Origin: Minisyncoccota bacterium | GTDB lineage: Bacteria > Patescibacteriota > Minisyncoccia > Minisyncoccales > GCA-002788555 | DNA: 64,000 bases | Direction: 5' to 3' | NCBI GenBank assembly: GCA_028716825.1 | Contig: JAQUPA010000001.1 | Location: forward strand, 13,071 to 77,070 | Part shown: piece after piece, positions 18,960-29,538 of the stretch | Layout of the letters: each line of letters opens with the position of its first letter | Position numbering within the stretch: the stretch's first letter is position 1 | The notes under the pieces: generated by a model | Databases searched by the model: none | What the model was told of the DNA's origin: nothing | The model's input: the letters and a program-made list of their open reading frames with translations, nothing else | Position numbers and translations under genes: made by a program

Positions 18960-20420
18960 TTATTTAATCCAAAATTTATTTTTGTCTTCTTGATCAACTT
19001 CAATTTTTTTCTCTTTCACTCTTTTTTCTTTAGCTTTTAGTTCTTTTTCATTAAGTTTTGCTAATTCTTTTGTTCGTTTTTTTAAGAATTCTTTTTTATT
19101 TTTCTTTGGATCGTCAAGCACTTCGGACAAAAGGGCATTTAAAACCAATCCTACTCTTGGTCCTGATTTTGTTTTAAGAATTTTCATTATTTCATTTCCG
19201 TTTATTTTTAACATTTGAACAGAAATTGGGTCTCGTGAGACCTTGGATACCATATATTCAAAATGACGCAACCTATATGGCCTTGCTTTTGGAACGCCAG
19301 AGCCTTTTCTATCAGTAATTCTTAACTGTACAAGTTCTTCCATGTTTTCCTTGCCTACTTTTTTGAGTAGTCTTCTTACGGAGGATTCTGTCACAACCTC
19401 GGGGTCGTAAAAAAACATATGATTTCTTATTAAAGTGCCTACCTTTTCTACGGTTTTTTTGGGGAACCTTAGTCTTTCTAAAATTCCCATTGCAATTTTT
19501 GCTCCAACAATATCATGGTTATAAAAAGTTGCATCCGGCCCCTCCCCGCTTTTTGTCTGGGGCTTTGCAATATCATGGAAAAGAGCTGCCAGCCTTACAT
19601 TTAAATTGTAATTGTATTTTACAGCATACTTTAGAGATAAAAGTGCGTGCTGGAAAATTGTATATATGTGATGGCGGTTCTGGGAAACTCCAAAACCTTT
19701 TTCAAGCTCAGGAATAATATATTTTAAAAGATTTGTTTTATGTAGGAGCATAAGGCCATCATAAGCATATTCAGACATTATAATTTTTTCAAATTCTTCT
19801 TTTATTCTTTCTTTTGATATTGCTTGTAACCATGGGGCGTTCTTTTTAATAGCGCTTAAGGTTTTTTGTTCTATTTTCCAATCAACACCAAGGGTTGTTG
19901 CAAACCTTACGGCGCGCAATAACCTTAATGCGTCTTCTGAAAATCTTTTTTTTGGCTCCCCCACTGCTTTTATAATTTTGTTTTTAAGGTCTTTCCGCCC
20001 TAAAAAAGGATCAGTAATTGTTATTTCTTTTTTCTTGCCATCTGTTAGCTTGAGCGCGATTGCATTTACCGTAAAATCACGTCTTGCAAGGTCTTCTTCT
20101 ATTGTTTTTGCCCAATTTACTTTATCTGGGTGTCTTTTGTCGGTATATTTTTCCTCGTTTCTATAAGTCGTAATTTCAACCTCAAAAATGTCTTTTTTAT
20201 TTGTAGGAATTTTTACGGTAACTGTTCCGAATTTATTTTTATAAAAGCTGTCTGGAAACACCTTTTGAATTTCTTTTGGGTTTGCGTTTGTTGCAACGTC
20301 CCAGTCTTTTGGGATAGCTTTCCTTAAAACGTCTCTAACACAGCCACCTACAATATAAGCTTCAAAATTAGCTTTCTTTAGGTTTTTTATTACTAATTTT
20401 ACTTCTTTTGGGATTTCCAT
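18960..20420 (-). CDS. cca: CCA-adding tRNA nucleotidyltransferase with HD domain
   Basis: GGCVRD motif and an HD domain (LAALFHDIAKP). Confidence 0.85.
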   Translation of the reverse strand: MEIPKEVKLVIKNLKKANFEAYIVGGCVRDVLRKAIPKDWDVATNANPKEIQKVFPDSFYKNKFGTVTVKIPTNKKDIFEVEITTYRNEEKYTDKRHPDKVNWAKTIEEDLARRDFTVNAIALKLTDGKKKEITITDPFLGRKDLKNKIIKAVGEPKKRFSEDALRLLRAVRFATTLGVDWKIEQKTLSAIKKNAPWLQAISKERIKEEFEKIIMSEYAYDGLMLLHKTNLLKYIIPELEKGFGVSQNRHHIYTIFQHALLSLKYAVKYNYNLNVRLAALFHDIAKPQTKSGEGPDATFYNHDIVGAKIAMGILERLRFPKKTVEKVGTLIRNHMFFYDPEVVTESSVRRLLKKVGKENMEELVQLRITDRKGSGVPKARPYRLRHFEYMVSKVSRDPISVQMLKINGNEIMKILKTKSGPRVGLVLNALLSEVLDDPKKNKKEFLKKRTKELAKLNEKELKAKEKRVKEKKIEVDQEDKNKFWIK

Positions 20421-20489
20421 AATTGTGAATTTTGAATAACGAATAATGAATTGCGCTTATTTTATTCTATCTTTTTGATGTTTAATTTT

Positions 20490-20538
20490 CAAATGTTTCA
20501 CGTGAAACATTTGATAGTATTGTTTCACGTGAAACAAT
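20490..20538. promoter_or_regulatory. two tandem perfect palindromes (24 bp CAAATGTTTCACGTGAAACATTTG and 20 bp ATTGTTTCACGTGAAACAAT) upstream of cca, candidate operator
   Basis: Read directly from the sequence, 70-120 nt upstream of the cca start. They share the core TGTTTCACGTGAAACA. Confidence 0.6.
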
Positions 20539-20610
20539 CTTTGACTATTTTTTTAATTTTATTTAAAATTTTATCAGTGATGGTAGAATTTTGCGTTGTT
20601 GTTTATTTTT

Positions 20611-20682
20611 GCCCTCTTGGTATAATGGATAACACGCGACGCTTCGGACGTCGAGTTGGGGGTTCGAATCCCTCAGAGGGCA
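20611..20682 (+). tRNA. tRNA-Arg (anticodon TCG), CCA not encoded
   Basis: Acceptor GCCCTCT/AGAGGGC, D-arm GGTATAATGGATAA, anticodon stem CGACG/CGTCG with loop CTTCGGA, T-arm GGGGGTTCGAATCCCTC. Confidence 0.8.
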
Positions 20683-20699
20683 CGAGATAGCTAAAAATA

Positions 20700-20880
20700 G
20701 ATTAAAGGATGCGGGTTTCCCGAAATTGTCTGCGAGTGAAGGGAGTAATTACAATTTCGAGGATCCCGTTATCTCGAAATTTCCCCAAATAGATTTATTT
20801 ACAGACAAACGGGATCGCGAAAATCTAACTTCGCTCTACTTCAGAGATTTTCGGGACAAATCCTGCCGGGCGCATAAAAA
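20700..20880 (+). ncRNA. GC-enriched structured leader or small RNA between tRNA-Arg and the pilin gene (three consecutive stem-loops)
   Basis: Three pairings: CCCGAAATTGT/ACAATTTCGAGG, GATCCCGTT/AACGGGATC and CGAAAATCT/AGATTTTCG. GC is well above the local background. Confidence 0.35.
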
Positions 20881-20888
20881 TTAAAAAT

Positions 20889-21290
20889 ATGAAAAAAAAT
20901 TATAAATTATTTCTTTTAATATTTATTTTTATTATTTCTCCATTTATTATTCAGGCAGCTGGCTTGGTGCCTTGTGGTGGAGATGGTGAGCCTAGCTGTG
21001 GTCTTTGTCATCTCTTTGTAATGATAAGAAGCGTAATTGTATTCTTAACTGGAATTGCTGCTGTTGTGCTTGCAATAATGCTTATTGTTGGGGGAATTAT
21101 GTTTGTTACAGCACATGGGAATCCTGAATGGGTGACAAAAGCAAGAAAGACCATTACAGGAGCGATAATTGGTTTTCTGATAGTTATTATGTCTTGGATT
21201 ATTGTAAATTCGGTCATAACGTTTGCTACTGGCAGTGAGAATATATTTCAAAACATGGGTCCTTGGCATAAAATCCAATGTAATCCTTAA
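20889..21290 (+). CDS. stand-alone VirB2/TrbC-type pilin
   Basis: 133 aa. Signal peptide, then two TM helices (VIVFLTGIAAVVLAIMLIVGGIMFV and GAIIGFLIVIMSWIIVNSVITF). Same module as the N-termini of 5353-6348 and 6353-7540. Confidence 0.55.
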   Translation: MKKNYKLFLLIFIFIISPFIIQAAGLVPCGGDGEPSCGLCHLFVMIRSVIVFLTGIAAVVLAIMLIVGGIMFVTAHGNPEWVTKARKTITGAIIGFLIVIMSWIIVNSVITFATGSENIFQNMGPWHKIQCNP

Positions 21291-21432
21291 GCCATTTAAA
21301 CTCTTCAAGATTTAGATTGTTTTTAGCGAATTTAATTTTTTAACGAATCTTTTTTATTAAACCAGGATGGTAATATTTTGATTTGAGTATTTGACCCTTG
21401 AAAAAAATAATTAAATTTTATATAAACAAGAT

Positions 21433-21461
21433 ACAGACAATATTTATTGTCTGTTTTTTTA
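21433..21461 (+). terminator. rho-independent terminator
   Basis: ACAGACAATATTTATTGTCTGT hairpin followed by a T7 run. Confidence 0.7.
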
Positions 21462-21556
21462 ACCAAGGATTGTATCCATCCCGATTTTCTTTAAATTTAT
21501 GGTTTAGAAAATCGTGAATCCTCGAGTTCTTAATAAAATTAAAATTTTAACGAATT

Positions 21557-21630
21557 CGGGATAGCTCAACTGGCACCTGCCCGCCAACGTCCTGATCCGT
21601 AGGTGATGGCAGGCGGGGGATAGGAGTCAG
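21557..21630 (+). other. tRNA-like / GC-rich hairpin element of unknown identity
   Basis: Starts with the tRNA-like 5' part GGGATAGCTCAACTGG, but no D-stem partner or T-arm can be found. Contains a strong hairpin CCTGCCCGCC...GGTGATGGCAGG. GGGATAG is repeated at both ends. Confidence 0.3.
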
Positions 21631-21637
21631 TTTAAAT

Positions 21638-21710
21638 TGCCCCGTTAGCTCAATTGGTAGAGCAGATCCCTCTTAAGGATAAGGTTGAGCGTTCGAGTCG
21701 CTCACGGGGC
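21638..21710 (+). tRNA. tRNA-Lys (anticodon CTT), CCA not encoded
   Basis: Acceptor GCCCCGT/ACGGGGC, D-arm GCTCAATTGGTAGAGC, anticodon loop CTCTTAA, T-arm GAGCGTTCGAGTCGCTC. Confidence 0.85.
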
Positions 21711-21768
21711 ATAAATTTGACGGGATAAAAGTCTTGCCGGATGCAATAAAATTAATATTATTAAAAAT

Positions 21769-23073
21769 ATGGAAGAAATAGATTTAAAAACATTGTCGCT
21801 TGCGATAATGCAAATAGCAGAAGAAAAAGGCATTGCCAAAGACAAAGTAATTGAAGTTATAGAGACTGCCCTTGCTGCTGCCTATAAAAAAGAGTATGGC
21901 AAGAAAGAGGAAAAATATCATGCTAAGTTTGATAAGGACAGCGGAAAGGTGAATTTTTGTTTAGTAAAGAAAGTAGTTGATGATGATATGATTTTAGATG
22001 AAGATGAGGTTGAAGAAGAGGAAGAAGAAAAAACAGAAGAAAACGAAGAAAGAGAGCAAGATTTTGAAGAAGGGGAAGGAGAGAGGAAGGTTAAGTTCAA
22101 TGAATTTCGTCATATCAAAATAGAAGAAGCCGTAAAGACAAAAAAAGATGTAAAGCCGGGGGACGAAATAGAATTTCCTTTAAAAAAACCAGAAAGATTT
22201 GGCAGAATTGCAGCACAGACAGCAAAGCAAGTGCTTTTGCAGCGGATTAGAGAAGCGGAAAGGGAAGCGATATACTCTGAGTTTGATCAGAAAAAAGATG
22301 AAGTTATTTCTGGTATAATACAAAGAAAAGAAGGAGATCAGGTTTTTGTTGACGTCGGAAAGACTATCGCTTTTTTGCCCAGAGAAGAACAAATTCCGGG
22401 AGAGTTTTATAAAGTTGGAGCAAGAATGCGTTTTTATTGTATCGCTGTCAAAGAAACCCCAAGGGGCCCTGAAATTGCGATTTCACGATCGCACCCTAAA
22501 TTCTTATCAAAACTTTTTAAAATTGAAGTGCCTGAAATTACTTCTGATATAGTTGAAATTAAGGCCGTTGCAAGAGAAGCGGGTTCTCGTTCTAAAATTG
22601 CAGTTGCTGCAAGTGAGGAAGGCGTTGATCCAGTTGGAAGCTGCGTTGGTCAGCGCGGCACGAGAGTTAACGCTGTCATGCAGGAGCTTGGGAGGGAAAA
22701 AATTGATATTATTCCTTGGGATGAGAGACCTGAAAAGTTTATTGAAAATGCTTTATCTCCAGCAAAAATTATTAGCGTAAAAGTAAAAGGAAATAAGGCA
22801 GAGGTAAGAGTTCCAGAGGATCAAATATCTTTGGCTATTGGCAGAGACGGTCAAAACGTGAGGCTTGCAAGCGATCTTACTGGTTGGAAGATAGATGTGA
22901 AAACTATTGAAAAGGGCGAGGAAGAAGAAAAAGAAGAAAAAGAAGAAAAAAGAGACGAAGAAGAGAAAAAGGCAAAGAAAAATGTAGAAAAAGAAGATAA
23001 AAAAACAACCAAAAATTCAGCAAAAAATAAAAAGGCCAAAAAAGAAGAAAAAACTAAAGAAAATAAAAAATAA
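21769..23073 (+). CDS. nusA: transcription termination/antitermination factor NusA
   Basis: N-terminal domain, S1 and two KH domains (GSCVGQRGTRVNAV). Has an acidic insertion and a Lys/Glu-rich C-terminal tail. Confidence 0.85.
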   Translation: MEEIDLKTLSLAIMQIAEEKGIAKDKVIEVIETALAAAYKKEYGKKEEKYHAKFDKDSGKVNFCLVKKVVDDDMILDEDEVEEEEEEKTEENEEREQDFEEGEGERKVKFNEFRHIKIEEAVKTKKDVKPGDEIEFPLKKPERFGRIAAQTAKQVLLQRIREAEREAIYSEFDQKKDEVISGIIQRKEGDQVFVDVGKTIAFLPREEQIPGEFYKVGARMRFYCIAVKETPRGPEIAISRSHPKFLSKLFKIEVPEITSDIVEIKAVAREAGSRSKIAVAASEEGVDPVGSCVGQRGTRVNAVMQELGREKIDIIPWDERPEKFIENALSPAKIISVKVKGNKAEVRVPEDQISLAIGRDGQNVRLASDLTGWKIDVKTIEKGEEEEKEEKEEKRDEEEKKAKKNVEKEDKKTTKNSAKNKKAKKEEKTKENKK

Positions 23074-23081
23074 CTACGCAT

Positions 23082-23582
23082 TTGAATGCGAAAAACATGG
23101 AAATAAAAGTTCTCGTAGAAATTCCAAAAGGTTCAAGGCAAAAATATGAATATGATGAAGAGCTTGGAGCAATAAAGTTAGATAGAACTCTTTATTCTGC
23201 GATGTATTTTCCATTTGAATATGGTTCAATTAAAGAAACTTTAGGGGAAGATGGGGATCCTTTAGATGTTGTTTTGATTTCTAGTTTTCCTACTTTTCCA
23301 GGGTGTATTGTCGAGTCAGAAGTTATAGGTTATTTAGAAATGGAGGATGAGGCAGGTATTGATACAAAAATTATTGCAGTGCCAAAAGAGAAAATCGACC
23401 CAAGAATCACAACAAGGAAGATCGAAGATGTCCCAGAGCATACAAAGAAAGAAATTAAAGAATTCTTTGAAAATTATAAAAATTTAGAACCAGAAAAATG
23501 GGTTAAATTGAAAGATTTTAAGTCAAAAGAAGGGGCCGAAAAGATGATTGAAGAGGCTCAGAAAAGATATAAGGGGAAATAA
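23082..23582 (+). CDS. ppa: inorganic pyrophosphatase (family I)
   Basis: KYEYDEELG...DGDPLDVVLIS, the family I PPase signature region. Confidence 0.85.
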   Translation: MNAKNMEIKVLVEIPKGSRQKYEYDEELGAIKLDRTLYSAMYFPFEYGSIKETLGEDGDPLDVVLISSFPTFPGCIVESEVIGYLEMEDEAGIDTKIIAVPKEKIDPRITTRKIEDVPEHTKKEIKEFFENYKNLEPEKWVKLKDFKSKEGAEKMIEEAQKRYKGK

Positions 23583-23707
23583 AAAAAGAAGGCTTGACAA
23601 TTAGTTTTAAAAATAATAAAATAGAAAAGTAGAAAAAATGCAAAAGAATATGAGAATAAAGTTAGTTTTTAAAAGAAGCGGCTAGAAGACCAAGTTTTTT
23701 GGTTGAA

Positions 23708-23731
23708 GGCGCCGCTTCTGCGGCGTTTTTT
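23708..23731 (+). terminator. rho-independent terminator
   Basis: GGCGCCGCTTCTGCGGCG hairpin followed by TTTTTT. Confidence 0.65.
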
Positions 23732-23849
23732 AATTGAGAAGATTGACAGGAAAGAACTTTAAAAATTGAATTTACCCTATTAAATCCCGCAAAGCGGGAG
23801 CGACAAAGTCGCTATTCAATAGGGTAAGATAAGAATTTCTTTGGTGCGA

Positions 23850-26836
<2,987 letters not shown>

Positions 26837-26847
26837 AAGAAGTTCTT

Positions 26848-26913
26848 ATTTCGAGCGAAGCGAGAAAATGCTTCAGCTCCATTTCGAGCGAAGCGAGAAA
26901 ATGCTTCAGCTCC
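26848..26913 (+). repeat. perfect tandem duplication (2 x 33 bp ATTTCGAGCGAAGCGAGAAAATGCTTCAGCTCC) in the 23S-5S spacer
   Basis: Read directly from the sequence. Confidence 0.9.
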
Positions 26914-26944
26914 ATTTAACAAGGTAAATTTTGAGCTCATTATC

Positions 26945-27051
26945 TTGGTGATAATACTGGGCGGGCAATACCTCTTTCCATCCCGAACAGAGAAGTTAAG
27001 TCGTCCAAGGCCGATGATATTGCTTTTGCGAGAAAGTAGGTCGTCGCCAAG
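26945..27051 (+). rRNA. rrf: 5S ribosomal RNA
   Basis: CTTGGTGATAATACTGGGCGGG...CCATCCCGAACAGAGAAGTTAAG...GTCGTCGCCAAG, flanked by the processing-stem inverted repeat GAGCTCATTATC / GATAATGAGCTC. Confidence 0.85.
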
Positions 27052-27073
27052 ATAATGAGCTCAAAGAAGAAAA

Positions 27074-27099
27074 CGCCTTTCAAAAAGGCGATTTTTTTT
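27074..27099 (+). terminator. rRNA operon terminator
   Basis: CGCCTTTCAAAAAGGCG hairpin followed by ATTTTTTTT. Confidence 0.75.
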
Positions 27100-27122
27100 A
27101 TAAACTATAAGTTGTATCTTAT

Positions 27123-28850
27123 ATGAAGGACTACAAAGTAAAAACACAATTTAAAGAAATCCTAGAGCCAGAAGAGATATTACTCGATACCAAAGAAAGA
27201 AAAAATAAAGAAAAAGGTAAACTAGAGTTGCCGATACAAAATGGCGTTTTTTTTGTTGTTTTTTCTGTTTTTATATTGCTATTTTTATTATTACTTTTTA
27301 GGACCGTTTATTTTGTATCTGCAAAAGGAGAAGAGATGAGCGAGGCGGCAGTGGAAAATTATTTAAGGAAAGTTTACACAGAAGCACCAAGGGGCATTAT
27401 ATATTCTAAAGACAAAAAAGTGCTTGTTAAGAATGCTAAAGATGAAGAGGCAAAAAGTACAGAAAAAAAGAAAGAAAAAAAATATTATAGAAATTATATA
27501 GATAGTTTTTATTTCTCTTTTATTCTTGGTTATGAGAGAGAAGCAACAGAAGAAGATCTAAAAGGAGATACTGATTATTATGAACCAGGTGATTGGGTTG
27601 GGAAAGATGGAGTTGAAAAAGAGTATGAAAAATATCTACGGGGCAAAAAAGGCGTTAGAGAAAAAGTGGTGAACGCCAAAGGGAAAATTGTCTCAGACAA
27701 GGTCAAAAAAGAGCCAGAGATAGGGGATAGTCTTGTTTTAAACATAGATGCTGGACTTCAGAAAAAAATTTACAGAGAATTAAAGAGAAAATCTTCTGGC
27801 AATGATGCTGTAGGTATTGCCCTAAATCCTCAAAATGGAGCGGTTCTCGCGCTTGTTTCAATACCTTCAAATGACAATAATGTATTTTCAAAAAAATCAT
27901 TATCCGCAAGTTATCTTCGCAATCTTCAAAAGAGGGGGAGTATTTATAATATAAATAAAGCCATAAGCGGAAGATTTCCTTCGGGCTCAATTATAAAACC
28001 ATTAATTGCTTCCGCCGCCTTAGAGGAAGAAGTTGTATCTTCTCAGACAACAATTAACTGTACTGGCGAAGTTATAATTCCAAACCCTTGGTATCCAGAA
28101 AAACCCACAATAAAAAAAGACAACAAAACTCATGGTTTGACGGATTTAGAAAAAGCCATTGCAGAATCTTGTAATGTTTTTTTCTTCACAGTTGGAGGAG
28201 GTTATCAAGATATTAAGGGGCTTGGAATGTCAAAGATTAAAAAATATTTAGATTTATTTTATATAGAAGACGAATTGGGGATTGATTTACCGGGTGAAAT
28301 TGCTGGGTTTGTGCCTTCTAAAGATTGGTTTGAAAAAAAAATGAAAAAACAAATGCGCAGGAATTGGTCAATTTCTGATGTTTATGACGCTTCAATTGGC
28401 CAGGGATTTTTTTCCTCCCCTCCGCTTCATATGGCAGTTGCACTATCTGCAATTGCAAATGGTGGTAAAATTTATCAACCCCAAGTTGCAGATAAAATTG
28501 AAACTTCCAAAGGAAAAGTTTTAAAAGACATAAAGCCAAAAATTTTACAAAAAGACTTTATAAGTAAAGAAAATATCAAAATAGTGAAAGATGCAATGAA
28601 GTCTTGTGTTACCTCTTCTTCCGGTTCTTGCCGTCAGTTAAATTCTCTACCAGTATCTTCGGCTGGCAAAACGGGTACTGCAGAATCAGATAGGGGAGAC
28701 TTAACGCATGCTTGGTTTGTGTCTTTTGCTCCATATGAAAAACCTGAAATTTTCCTTTTAATTTTTGTTGAATACGGCGGCGGAGGCTCTGATGTTGCAG
28801 AACCTATCGCGAGAGAGGTTTTGGAATGGTATTTTAAAGATAAGAAATAA
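27123..28850 (+). CDS. penicillin-binding protein 2 / FtsI-type transpeptidase
   Basis: N-terminal TM helix. SxxK (SGSIIK), SxN (ESCN) and KTG (AGKTGTAE) motifs. Confidence 0.85.
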   Translation: MKDYKVKTQFKEILEPEEILLDTKERKNKEKGKLELPIQNGVFFVVFSVFILLFLLLLFRTVYFVSAKGEEMSEAAVENYLRKVYTEAPRGIIYSKDKKVLVKNAKDEEAKSTEKKKEKKYYRNYIDSFYFSFILGYEREATEEDLKGDTDYYEPGDWVGKDGVEKEYEKYLRGKKGVREKVVNAKGKIVSDKVKKEPEIGDSLVLNIDAGLQKKIYRELKRKSSGNDAVGIALNPQNGAVLALVSIPSNDNNVFSKKSLSASYLRNLQKRGSIYNINKAISGRFPSGSIIKPLIASAALEEEVVSSQTTINCTGEVIIPNPWYPEKPTIKKDNKTHGLTDLEKAIAESCNVFFFTVGGGYQDIKGLGMSKIKKYLDLFYIEDELGIDLPGEIAGFVPSKDWFEKKMKKQMRRNWSISDVYDASIGQGFFSSPPLHMAVALSAIANGGKIYQPQVADKIETSKGKVLKDIKPKILQKDFISKENIKIVKDAMKSCVTSSSGSCRQLNSLPVSSAGKTGTAESDRGDLTHAWFVSFAPYEKPEIFLLIFVEYGGGGSDVAEPIAREVLEWYFKDKK

Positions 28851-28913
28851 TAATTAAATATAAATAATGTTAAGACTTCTCTTATGAGAAGTCTTAATTT
28901 AACCTTTAAACCA

Positions 28914-28943
28914 TTGACAAAAATATATATGATATGTTATAAT
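28914..28943 (+). promoter_or_regulatory. sigma70-type promoter (TTGACA, 18 nt, TATAAT)
   Basis: TTGACA at 28914-28919 and TATAAT at 28938-28943. Confidence 0.6.
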
Positions 28944-28949
28944 ATAGAT

Positions 28950-29430
28950 GGAAAGGATAAAGATAGCACATTAAGATAAAAAGTGAGGGGAAAGGTTAGA
29001 TTGCGATCTCTTCGGACCAAATGCTTACAAAAGGTTAGCTCACAAAAGCTTTCCGGGTGGCAAAGGTCTGAGGAGGTCGCAACCACTTTTTCTCTCATTC
29101 GAAACATTGAGGCTATTTCCCCTGGGTCTTCGGACCTACATGGATGGCCACGGAGAGGACGAATTCTTTCGTCCTCTCCCACCTATTTGAATTTGTTAAT
29201 AATATTAGTAACTTCAAATAGGTGAACGAAAGGAGGTGAAAATTGGATAATAAAAAACAAGCAACAAAAGGACGCAAAATTTATCTTTCGGCTTCATGTG
29301 AGGTATGTACTTCCCTCGAGGAAGCAAAGGCTCTCACAGAGGGCCGAAAGTAAACATACAAGGCGAGGCTATGGTAGTATTACCTAGCCTCCCTATCTCT
29401 GAATTTTTCACTTTAAAGTTGAAAATTCAG
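28950..29430 (+). ncRNA. candidate structured non-coding RNA(s) of unknown identity, GC-rich relative to the genome
   Basis: Nested long-range helices, including a 16-bp helix with 3 G-U pairs (29003-29018 with 29065-29080). UUCG-loop hairpin GGTC-TTCG-GACC. 10-bp hairpin GGAGAGGACG/CGTCCTCTCC at 29152-29179. A downstream second structured half contains an AGGAGGTG-TTG mini-ORF of 36 codons. Confidence 0.4.
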
Positions 29431-29538
29431 AAATAGGTAATGTTGTTGACAAAGTTATCTTTATTTCGTATAATAGTAAATGTAAAAGAATATTTAATAA
29501 AGTATTCAAAAAAGGTCAAAATAAAAAAAACCAAAAAA

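Noticed and set aside
20451-20690. 79-aa ORF spanning the palindromes and tRNA-Arg
   Set aside because: It overlaps a well-formed tRNA and the palindromic operators. The FHVKH repeats are just the palindromes translated.
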